Shown: piece after piece, positions 17,701 through 25,799 of the stretch
How positions within the stretch are numbered: the stretch's first letter is position 1
Layout: each line of letters begins with the position of its first letter
IMG/VR virus record: IMGVR_UViG_3300017783_000006
Location: 14,805-78,804 of that record
Length of the DNA: 64,000 nt
Strand: one strand, 5' to 3'
Source: a virus
Notes under the pieces: generated by a model
What the model saw: only the letters and a program-made list of their open reading frames with translations
Told to the model about the DNA's origin: nothing
Database searches by the model: none
Made by a program: the position numbers and the translations under genes

Positions 17701-20700
17701 CTAATGAAACAATATCTTCAGCAACATTAATTGTATTGATTTCTAATGCAGCAGTGACAGCAGTACCAATTCCCAATCCATCTCTAGTTGACCAAGTTTG
17801 ATAAACATTGGCATCAGTATTGGAAAGAACTTGAAAATTATCTTCAATTCTTACAATACCATTTCTATCATTAGGATCACTATCTAATACTAGAGCACCA
17901 GTTCCAGAAACTTTAGTAATTGCATTATCGTTGAAGATACCAACATTAATATTACCAAATCTACCACCAATTCCATAAACATTAGATAAGAAGTCAACCC
18001 TACCAGTGAATGTAGTGAAACCGACAACTTCTATATTAAAGAATTCCTGAGTTCCACCTTCACAAAGAATAGTTCTATATGGTGGTAAACCAGTAATAGG
18101 ATCAATCTTGGAATTGGTAAAGTATCCAGTTCCTCTTACTGTAATATCTTGGAAGATAACATCACCAAGTTCCTGTCCTTGGTCTAGTGTTAAAACACCA
18201 GTTACCTGTAAGTTTTCAACAATTGTTTGGTCACTTACTCTTAATTTTATTAAGTTCTGAGGAACAGGAACATTGCCGATTCCCAGATGGTCTATCATTA
18301 GAGTCTTTTCATCGGCAACTGCACTAATGAATCCCCACTGTCTCCATTCACCTTCGGTATAAACGTGACCAATGTAACCATCAATTGGGTTAGAGATAAA
18401 TTTGATGTCACCAGGAGTTTTTGCACTAGAAGTTGGAGTAGAAATACCAACTGTTAGTAGTTTTGCTTGCTGTGCATTTCCTTTTAAGAATAAATTCTTA
18501 GTCTCAATACCTAATTCTGAAGTATTGGTTACTTTGTTTGTAAAGTTTACTGGACCATAGAATTGTGATGTCTGGTTGGTATTCTCACCACCCTCAACAG
18601 TAATTCTTCTTCTTACTAGAAGTTCGTCAAAAATTCCACTTGAAAGGTTTGTATTTTCACCCTCAGCATCATCACCAGTGTATGTGATAACAGGTGCATC
18701 AACTACACTTTCCTCACCAGTTGCAGAACTTAGTTTCTTACTTCCAGAGAAAAATTCACCAAGGTCATTCATACCAGTGTAAACAACTGAACCACCTCGT
18801 TGTTCTTTAGACTGAGACTTAAGAACTTCCTGCTCAGATAGAATTCTATTCTGCTTTTGAGGCATACCAGTTGAATAGTTACCTGGACCAAATCCAAGAT
18901 ATTCAAATGTATGTCCAGATGCTCTCATGAATGATGGTCTTCTCAATTCTGAAGGAATTGGGAAGATTTTTCTTGCTAAAGTATTTACTAATGCCGTAGT
19001 TTTTATAGTTCCAAACTTACCACGTAATACACTAAATGGATTTGATGAACCTGAGATTCTTACAATTTCATTATTAATCTGATAATACTCACCTCTAATT
19101 ACTGAATCTGGATCAGAGAAATTAATTGTTGTAGATGTATTGTCAAATGCCGAGTTTACATAATTTATTTTTTTATCATAAAGTGTAGTTGCTCTAGAAG
19201 CAATATTTTCCTCACCTCTACCAAGAGTTTTTGCATTAGATGAGAAAACTCTTTTTATAACTTTTCCTGTTGAACCAAGTGCTGTTGAACCAACACCTAA
19301 AATCTCAACAGTAAATGTAGTTAGACCAACAACACCCTTAACTAATACACTTGCATCAAATGCTGTAATACCCGTGCTTACGATATTGATATTGTTACCT
19401 GCAAATAATCCATGACTATTTGATGTAGTAAATGTTGCAATACCAGTTTCGGTATCCGACATTTCAAAAGCAGAAATAGATACAACATTTCCAGATGGAA
19501 TTACATATCCAAGTTCACCACTACTATTAGGATCATTTGTACTAATACCTAAAGGTGCATTTAGTACAATTGATTTTGCTGATGGAATACTATTAATTTC
19601 AAATGCATCATTTAAGTCATCAACATAATATCCATTGAGTTCGATAGCATCAGTAGTATTGTCATTAATTCCAGTAATTGATATAGTGGCATTTACTGTT
19701 CCACCAGGAATACTTAAATCATCACCAACTGCATATGCAGAACCAGGGTCAAGAAGTTCAACATTAGAAATACCACCAGTAGCATCTGTGGTTACTTTTG
19801 CCGTAGCACCTTCACCATTTGATGAAATTGCGGTTAATTGTACTGAAAATAAAGTAGAAGATGGTGTATAACCAGAACCAGCAGTATTTGTGAAGGTTTT
19901 AATTGAATTTAAATTATGTTCAACATCAGTGAATACAGTAATTGTTGAGTTATTAGTTCCAGATAAGTCTAGTTGAGTTACTGCATAACCAACTTTAGTT
20001 CCTTTAATGAAATAATCTAGACCTTCTCTAGTGATAGAGTGACGTTTATCATTAGTAATGACATCACCAATAACTTTTAAGTCGGAGTAACTTACTGATG
20101 ATTTTGGATTAGTATTTAAGTTATCTCTATCTTGTTGAGGGTAAAGGTTTCTTACGTCCTGTGAGAATTGTTTTGTATATAATCCATATCCCACATTGGA
20201 ATCAGGTGATACCGATGAGTTTAAACAAACTAGATGATAAATTCCGTCTTGTCCATCATCACCAGGTACATGCTTTTTAATTTGATTGACACGATAGATG
20301 AAATATGATTCTTTATATTCATCTCTTGAAACTACTGGTAGTGCTTCTCTCTGTTGTCGTGTATTCCTTAAATTGATATCATTGGTAAATGTTCCGGGTT
20401 CTACTTTTACACCATCAGTAATATATTGGAATTGCTTACTATTAAGGATATTTGTAATAGTATAAATTCCATTATAAGTTGAAACAATTCCAACAGATAG
20501 TGGATTATTTGTACTTCTAATTTTTTGTACCTTTACTTCATCACCTTCGATAAATCCGTGAGGTAACTCGGTCGTTAAAGTAATAACTTGTGAATCAGCA
20601 ATTACTGGTGCTGCAACTGCATTAACAATAACTCTTTCGTTTCTTAAATCTTTTGTATTCGTTAGTACATCATTCGTATATGAAACACTAGTTACACCAA

Positions 20701-23173
20701 CAGTTTTTGATTCTTGAACTACATATCCTGCTTCAGGTGGTTTAGCATTATCGTATTCCTTGGGGATTACATAACGTAATCTATATACTTTATCATCAAT
20801 GGAACGATTATCTGACTTTCTTCTGAAGAAAGCTGCAGATGTTTCTTCACCTAAGGTTGCAAGACCAGTAGTAACGATTGCTGTGTAAATTTTGTTTACA
20901 CTACCATCATTGTCACTAATTAAATACCAGTTATTTTCTACTGGGTCCCATTGTATTGGGTGCCCAAGTTGACCAGGAACTTTATCTGATACTCTACTTA
21001 CAATTTTTAGAATACCACCATTATTATTGATTCCTAAAACAGGGGTATCTGATATCGCATCATTTAGGGATTGAGCAATCTTTAACTGATTTGAGCTAAG
21101 TCCACCACCAGTAATAGCATAATAAATTCCCTCATTATCCAAACCATCGGGAGTTTGTCCAGTGTCACTAAAGACTCTAATTCTCTCACCATTAAGGAAC
21201 TGGTGAGTTTGTGTTAGATTGATAGTATTATTACTAATAAGGTTTTGACCATTATTTCTACTTACTTCATATTCTTTTCTTGCGGATACCCTGTCTCCAA
21301 ATGGTACAGGCATTAAAATAGGTGCAGTATATGTTGTCTGTGCCGTACCTACTGTAACTGTTAAACTTAAAGTATCACCATCTCTAGCACCAATTCTAAA
21401 TCCATCAATTTGATAAGGTGGGATAGTATCTTCGTTAGTTTGGTCGAAAATATAAAGTCTTGATGGATCTGATGAGTTGATTGTCTTCTCTACATCAAGA
21501 GACAACCAGTTTACTTCGTTCTCATCACCGAGTAGACCTCTAGGTGGAACAACGTGTGTAATATAACCAACATCATCTCTGTCAAATGATTCTGGTTTGA
21601 AACTAACTGCTTCTAATGATGTATTACCGAAGTTGGAGTTGGAGTTAGTAATTGATTGGTCTCCACCAGTCTCTGCCACAAAGTGTTTTGCAAAACCGAT
21701 AGCAAAGATAGAAACACACTGAATAAATGCATTATTTGAACACTTGATGTGGAAGTTTTCCCAATCTGGTTTAAATATTGCCCTTGAATTAGTGTGTAGG
21801 GGTTTCGATAAACTATTTGCTGGAAGAGTATTCTCTTCATAGAAGGTGCCATTATCATATAGAATGAATGCATTATTATCTTTCTGAAGGCTAACGCCAG
21901 TGAACTGAGCGGTCACCATTGACTTGAATCCAGTGGCTTTGCTACCATCAGCGTGCATACCATTCATACCAAAAACTGATCTCAGTGAACAGTTAAAGAT
22001 ATATGGTGATGCAGAACTTACAGTATCAGAACCAACTGTAACTGTTGCAGTATCGAAGAATGATACGTCAGGTAAGAAGTCGAGTGGTGTTTGGTTAGCT
22101 GTATATTTGAATGTATTGATACCAACAACATCACTTACTGTGTATGAACCATTATATGATTCACCATCTATTGTTACTCCACTAATTAAGAATGGACTAT
22201 CAACATATAGATTGTGGGGTGCAGTATCTCCCGTAAGTTTGTTTGAAGTTGTTACTGTAATCTCATTTAAATCACCAGTTCCATTACCGTTACCTGCTTT
22301 AATGCTAGTAATTCCTAATGGGTTTGCATCAAGTGAACCAACAATTCTAAATTCATCGACAGATGGTTCAAAGTCCTCTGTTACTGGGAAGTCACCAAGA
22401 CCTCTACCAGTAATATCACCATATGCCTTTGCGACCTTGTAGTAATACATATCAAGGTCAGATAGGTATGTCTGGTAATCTGCCAGAGCAACCATATTTA
22501 CACCGTCACCATACTCAAAGCAGGTTACTTTATGGTGTGAGTAGTTAGGAACTACTTGTGTTCCAGAATAGTCTTTATATACACTCTTTGTTGGGTCTGC
22601 GTCAAATATACTAAAAGCAGTAAAATAACAAGTACCTGTTACGTTTAAAATACTTGTGGTCTCAATATTATCGTCTTCTGGATCGGGAACATATAATGGA
22701 CGAATTTTGGTTTTTCTTAGGTCCAAACCAATAATTGAAGTACCTCTAGGCAGTATAGCACCACCACTTACAGAGTTGTACTTGTATAAGTCGTTTGATG
22801 GACTTAGAATATCAAAATTGGTAAGTTCATTAAATTCTGTTAGTGTTGTTTGTTCCCAAATGTCTGGAGCAGTTCTTCTTTTATATACTGCAACTCCACC
22901 AATCTCTTCGATAGAATAACCAGGTCTGTTATCAATATAGTGAGTTCCAGGATAAACTAGAATAGTCGTTCTATCTATTCTATCATTATTCTCACCTGTT
23001 TGATATGAGAATCTAGCTGCTTCTATTAATGCTCTCTGAATTGTTTTGAATGGTCTCGTCAGTGAATTACCTTGATTCTCAAAACTATCGGTAGCATCAA
23101 AATCCGATGGATTCACATAAAGAATATTACCTTCAGCATTCTTAAGAAAATTCTCTAGTCTTGATAATGGCAT
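14735..23173 (-). CDS. Giant tail fibre/virion structural protein (2812 aa) with C-terminal tail-collar domain and HxH needle
   Basis: MPLSRLENFLKN start typical of cyanophage structural proteins; collar motif PIGSV..FA...APEGYLICDG...LPDLR; about 26 HxH motifs; ATAAATA at 23204-23210. Confidence 0.85.
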   Translation of the reverse strand: MPLSRLENFLKNAEGNILYVNPSDFDATDSFENQGNSLTRPFKTIQRALIEAARFSYQTGENNDRIDRTTILVYPGTHYIDNRPGYSIEEIGGVAVYKRRTAPDIWEQTTLTEFNELTNFDILSPSNDLYKYNSVSGGAILPRGTSIIGLDLRKTKIRPLYVPDPEDDNIETTSILNVTGTCYFTAFSIFDADPTKSVYKDYSGTQVVPNYSHHKVTCFEYGDGVNMVALADYQTYLSDLDMYYYKVAKAYGDITGRGLGDFPVTEDFEPSVDEFRIVGSLDANPLGITSIKAGNGNGTGDLNEITVTTSNKLTGDTAPHNLYVDSPFLISGVTIDGESYNGSYTVSDVVGINTFKYTANQTPLDFLPDVSFFDTATVTVGSDTVSSASPYIFNCSLRSVFGMNGMHADGSKATGFKSMVTAQFTGVSLQKDNNAFILYDNGTFYEENTLPANSLSKPLHTNSRAIFKPDWENFHIKCSNNAFIQCVSIFAIGFAKHFVAETGGDQSITNSNSNFGNTSLEAVSFKPESFDRDDVGYITHVVPPRGLLGDENEVNWLSLDVEKTINSSDPSRLYIFDQTNEDTIPPYQIDGFRIGARDGDTLSLTVTVGTAQTTYTAPILMPVPFGDRVSARKEYEVSRNNGQNLISNNTINLTQTHQFLNGERIRVFSDTGQTPDGLDNEGIYYAITGGGLSSNQLKIAQSLNDAISDTPVLGINNNGGILKIVSRVSDKVPGQLGHPIQWDPVENNWYLISDNDGSVNKIYTAIVTTGLATLGEETSAAFFRRKSDNRSIDDKVYRLRYVIPKEYDNAKPPEAGYVVQESKTVGVTSVSYTNDVLTNTKDLRNERVIVNAVAAPVIADSQVITLTTELPHGFIEGDEVKVQKIRSTNNPLSVGIVSTYNGIYTITNILNSKQFQYITDGVKVEPGTFTNDINLRNTRQQREALPVVSRDEYKESYFIYRVNQIKKHVPGDDGQDGIYHLVCLNSSVSPDSNVGYGLYTKQFSQDVRNLYPQQDRDNLNTNPKSSVSYSDLKVIGDVITNDKRHSITREGLDYFIKGTKVGYAVTQLDLSGTNNSTITVFTDVEHNLNSIKTFTNTAGSGYTPSSTLFSVQLTAISSNGEGATAKVTTDATGGISNVELLDPGSAYAVGDDLSIPGGTVNATISITGINDNTTDAIELNGYYVDDLNDAFEINSIPSAKSIVLNAPLGISTNDPNSSGELGYVIPSGNVVSISAFEMSDTETGIATFTTSNSHGLFAGNNINIVSTGITAFDASVLVKGVVGLTTFTVEILGVGSTALGSTGKVIKRVFSSNAKTLGRGEENIASRATTLYDKKINYVNSAFDNTSTTINFSDPDSVIRGEYYQINNEIVRISGSSNPFSVLRGKFGTIKTTALVNTLARKIFPIPSELRRPSFMRASGHTFEYLGFGPGNYSTGMPQKQNRILSEQEVLKSQSKEQRGGSVVYTGMNDLGEFFSGSKKLSSATGEESVVDAPVITYTGDDAEGENTNLSSGIFDELLVRRRITVEGGENTNQTSQFYGPVNFTNKVTNTSELGIETKNLFLKGNAQQAKLLTVGISTPTSSAKTPGDIKFISNPIDGYIGHVYTEGEWRQWGFISAVADEKTLMIDHLGIGNVPVPQNLIKLRVSDQTIVENLQVTGVLTLDQGQELGDVIFQDITVRGTGYFTNSKIDPITGLPPYRTILCEGGTQEFFNIEVVGFTTFTGRVDFLSNVYGIGGRFGNINVGIFNDNAITKVSGTGALVLDSDPNDRNGIVRIEDNFQVLSNTDANVYQTWSTRDGLGIGTAVTAALEINTINVAEDIVSLDLGIGNNSGSAKLALHTNDTGYPDGTFIINDLANGDATITKRGSSGTLKIEAPDPSADMIFTVGTNQNFHITPLGHFHFEQSNSGKELEGNHLKIDQKGNGDAVLSWHRSKNNANVRWYSGIDASDGNSWKLANPATTTAAGNEDFDRASETKLKIDTSGNTNILGTLDVGGNTISTPTTTTFNLVNTNISTLNFAKTASSITMGNNSASSFVSIRGTTQATSCTTGSLRVAGGVGIAKNLYVCGKIGPAVFNSTVTIEGTLTLEDNVTIDGTTTFTKTTNNTLCNVNTGSVQFDGGVGIAKNVSIGQGLCVQNNSTFKGNITAASFIKQGGGSTNGQSHFLRANGTDTILQQQDFINTLTYVPQPPITMNGYPKGNSVRLNSIANQFNGSKRTFNLFAPDGAAFEPEGPANLLVYLDGDTLLEPGADYIIPFSGTSPNFNYNPQIQFIVAPSAGKSCHIIALGGQGMVLDDEGWTAKGQIAVGKQQNRAEMLNVGSNDQVLVANSSQTLGVKWMWMQQQPPIGSVHYFAAAQAPEGYLICDGSIVPNGTGNVQGRTADYSHLFSILGNTFGANGKLPDLREKDVMGSGNGPISGGGHNVGQTGGKNEHKINANDVPSHAHPLSQNGTHNHPTAVSTHNGHEHPLSSNGTHEHPTSVSQHDGHAHQHNIGTQGSHSHNGETGAQGGHTHEYNMGPIGNHRHPGSGTKQNGKHNHGTATKELGPDAGHTHNVRVVQNGKHAHQGSTTQNGKHAHGGETNTEGYHGHGTRVGDHSHQYRYERGKGGDGDEAAGDDNDPTYNTSDNRPSVSVESNGSHRHNLSVQENGKHSHQIQVQQNGYHGHNASAELNGRHGHPLRITLNENGYHAHQVEVDGDGSHRHPLALTPIANHSHNIIADGGHVHPLSVNTGGSHSHNVDVAPTGNHNHDVGDSGKHNHTVQTGPVANHNHTVGTYGGAGAGQTKIPLHTPWLALLPVIKAYYVGPKTTKNW

Positions 23174-23227
23174 TTTATTACAACAATAATACTTTATCTA
23201 ACTTATTTATCAAGACTCACAATAGAC

Positions 23228-23788
23228 TTATTTAAATTCTGGACCAGTTGCCCAAACAACCAAAACATCACGAATTCCAGATGACACTGAATGTGCCTTA
23301 TGGGGTGTTTTTGAGTTGAATATTACTGTATCACCATATTCTTTTCCTAAAAATATATGTTGCCCATATTGATTTATTAGTTCCAATTCACCATCCCCAT
23401 AATCTGAGGAATGACTAAATTGAACACTTAAACTCAATTTTCTTACAGAACCTTCAATATGACTTGAACCGTAATCACAATGCCATTTATAATTTCCATT
23501 CGGATAATATTTAAGCAATTGGATATCCAAATGACCATCTAAATCATAGTTAAAATATATATCATTATATTTTTGTAGATATTTCTGAATTATTCCACTT
23601 ACTTTTGAGTAATTTTCAGCATCTAAATGATTCGGATAAGCAATGCTAGTTAAACGATATTGTTTATCATCCTCATAAGATATCTTTTGCTCAGTATAAG
23701 GTAAATGTAAGCAAGAATTTTTTATATTTTTTATATCTTCTTCTTCAAATTTTAAGAAATAGTTTGACTTTACTACTTTATGTATCAT
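23228..23788 (-). CDS. 2OG-Fe(II) oxygenase (P4H/PKHD-like); start refined to avoid the tRNA
   Basis: Y.WHCD, RKLSLSV, GELE, PH...V.SG.R..LV.W..GP. Confidence 0.85.
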   Translation of the reverse strand: MIHKVVKSNYFLKFEEEDIKNIKNSCLHLPYTEQKISYEDDKQYRLTSIAYPNHLDAENYSKVSGIIQKYLQKYNDIYFNYDLDGHLDIQLLKYYPNGNYKWHCDYGSSHIEGSVRKLSLSVQFSHSSDYGDGELELINQYGQHIFLGKEYGDTVIFNSKTPHKAHSVSSGIRDVLVVWATGPEFK

Positions 23789-23803
23789 AATAACAAAATA
23801 AAA

Positions 23804-23875
23804 AGCCTTCGACAAGATTTGAACTTGCGACCTGAGCTTTACAAAAGCCCTGCTCTACCACTGAGCTACAAAGGC
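23804..23875 (-). tRNA. tRNA-Thr(UGU), no encoded CCA
   Basis: GCCTTTG...CGAAGGC acceptor stem, D-arm GCTC/GAGC, anticodon loop TT-TGT-AA, T-loop GTTCAAAT. Confidence 0.95.
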
Positions 23876-23876
23876 A

Positions 23877-24140
23877 TTAATCTTTAGGCATTTCCTCTGG
23901 ATTTTCTAATTCTAATTCATAAATGAGTGGATGACACTCTTCCATAATTAAATAATTTGACCAGTTGTACATGTCTTTGGATTCATAAGAAACGTTGTCT
24001 TTTGCTTCCATTATAACATAAGGGTCATCTTCCATTATTGTAGTTATAGAATCAAATGTAAAAGGTATTCCGTTTATGAAATACATATCTACTATAGTGC
24101 TATTGTGAAAGCAATAATTTGAAGTGATTTTGTATGTCAT
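23877..24140 (-). CDS. Conserved cyanophage hypothetical protein
   Basis: MYFINGIPFTFD...YLIMEECHP. Confidence 0.75.
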   Translation of the reverse strand: MTYKITSNYCFHNSTIVDMYFINGIPFTFDSITTIMEDDPYVIMEAKDNVSYESKDMYNWSNYLIMEECHPLIYELELENPEEMPKD

Positions 24141-24164
24141 AATACAATACCATGTTATTTTTAT

Positions 24165-24374
24165 TTATTTTAAAATATTACTTTCATAACTAGGAGGATT
24201 ATACTTTAGGTATTCCCAAAAAGTCAACTTCATTTCCTTTAAAGTCATTCCACAATGCCTTGCTGCTGCTGGGAGATTCATTGTAGCATGAAACAGTGCT
24301 GTATTTGCTTCCTTAACATTTGTTGGGGTAGTTTTTACTCTTTTTTCGATTTCTACTTTATTTGCTTTATTCAA
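24165..24374 (-). CDS. Conserved hypothetical protein, possible HTH
   Basis: MNLPAAARHCGMT.KEMK.TF. Confidence 0.7.
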   Translation of the reverse strand: MNKANKVEIEKRVKTTPTNVKEANTALFHATMNLPAAARHCGMTLKEMKLTFWEYLKYNPPSYESNILK

Positions 24375-24538
24375 ACTAAAAGTTCTCCCTTAAGTTCTGC
24401 AAGTTTTGCTTCTGCCAATGCTTGAATACATGTCCAATAAAGTTCCCCACTAACTGGAAAATTTTCATGACAAAAATATTCAGCTGTATCCTCATGCAAC
24501 TCAGTCAGTTGACCAAGTGTGCTTCTAGAAATGTTCAT
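24371..24538 (-). CDS. Small hypothetical protein (55 aa)
   Basis: Translated by hand (MNISRSTLGQL...VSGELYW); first gene after a consensus promoter. Confidence 0.7.
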   Translation of the reverse strand: MNISRSTLGQLTELHEDTAEYFCHENFPVSGELYWTCIQALAEAKLAELKGELLV

Positions 24539-24560
24539 GGTAAATTTTTCTTACCAACGT

Positions 24561-24616
24561 ATTATAGCATAGACTTTTCGGCATGTCAAGAGTCTTGTGC
24601 CAGACTTTGAACTGGT
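24561..24616 (-). promoter_or_regulatory. Consensus sigma70 promoter with upstream palindromic box
   Basis: TTGACA(24584-24589)-N17-TATAAT(24561-24566) with TG; box GCCAG-N8-CTGGT 24599-24616 at 32 nt. Confidence 0.85.
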
Positions 24617-25212
24617 TACACGTAACTATTGCACTCCCCCTCTATGAAACTCGTCAAACAATATTTTACTCCACTAATTGGTTTTTGTCCTCTATGTGTA
24701 AATATAGGACCTGTAGGAAATATTAATACACTTCCCTCTTTTGGAGATACTTTGCGCCCAAATTTAAATTCTGTACAACCACCTTCATCCACATCATTTA
24801 AATATATTATTATTGCCAAAATTCTACGTGTATTTCTGGTTAATATTGTGTCATCAGAATGCCAACCGAACCATGAATCATTTTGAACATATTTTTTGAA
24901 CATATATCCAGTATCAGATAAATTATCGGGAAGTATTTGATAATTACCAAATTTTTCATACATTAAATTAATATATTTTGTGCATGATAGTTTTAGTTTT
25001 GAGTAAACAAGATCTTCTATGTCACCTAAATTTTTACAATGCTTAACTGGAACCTCTAAAGTCTTTTTCGCATTATTATATTCTGCACCATTTAGACCAG
25101 AACACATCCCTGGTCTTAAAAACTCTGAATTTTCACACCTGTCTATTATTCTTTTACAATCTTGTTTAGTATACGTGTTGTCAAAAACACATATGAAGTC
25201 ATTTAAGTCCAT
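24616..25212 (-). CDS. 2OG-Fe(II) oxygenase
   Basis: WHSD, RR.LA.IIYLNDV.EGG.TEF, HRG..P..G.KY. Confidence 0.9.
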   Translation of the reverse strand: MDLNDFICVFDNTYTKQDCKRIIDRCENSEFLRPGMCSGLNGAEYNNAKKTLEVPVKHCKNLGDIEDLVYSKLKLSCTKYINLMYEKFGNYQILPDNLSDTGYMFKKYVQNDSWFGWHSDDTILTRNTRRILAIIIYLNDVDEGGCTEFKFGRKVSPKEGSVLIFPTGPIFTHRGQKPISGVKYCLTSFIEGECNSYV

Positions 25213-25226
25213 GAATATAAAAATAA

Positions 25227-25790
25227 CTATGTTTGGAAATATGAAACCGTTTCCGTATCAAAGTCTATAATTGACCTTGCAATTCTTTGACCTTGTGTTT
25301 GTGCGTTCTGGGTCTGAAAAGAAATAGTATTAGTAAATGAACGTGCAGCAGGGAATGTATTTGTTGCAGTGGGATTTTCCCAAGAGACACCAGACTCTAC
25401 CATACTACCACCCTGATAAGCATCCATGTTTACGACAATAGGGTTTACACCTATAGTGTAATACCAGAAACCACGTAAATCAACTTCTATCTCAGTAATT
25501 GTTGGATATACACTAAAAAGTGCTGACCTATCAATATAAACCATTTCTGTTCCTGTTCCCGTGTTATCACCTGCCCAGAATGCAACGTCAACACCATTGA
25601 CTGTGAGTCTATCTTGAGCACCCCATCCCAAATATCCAGAGACATTGGGATTTAAGAAACCAAATCTAATATCTAAATCATTTCCATCACTAATTTTGTA
25701 GTTGAATACAAAGTAATCACCATAGATAACTCCAGGGTCACGGAAATCAGCAGTCTTGAAGTTTTTATATAAACCAAATGAAACGGGCAT
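25227..25790 (-). CDS. Putative virion structural or fibre-associated protein
   Basis: Last gene of the fibre operon; DLD...W.GDNTG.G.E segment. Confidence 0.55.
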   Translation of the reverse strand: MPVSFGLYKNFKTADFRDPGVIYGDYFVFNYKISDGNDLDIRFGFLNPNVSGYLGWGAQDRLTVNGVDVAFWAGDNTGTGTEMVYIDRSALFSVYPTITEIEVDLRGFWYYTIGVNPIVVNMDAYQGGSMVESGVSWENPTATNTFPAARSFTNTISFQTQNAQTQGQRIARSIIDFDTETVSYFQT

Positions 25791-25799
25791 AATTTAATA

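Noticed and set aside
23789-23815. ORF-track start of the 2OG oxygenase at 23815
   Set aside because: It lies inside tRNA-Thr; ATG 23788 is more plausible.
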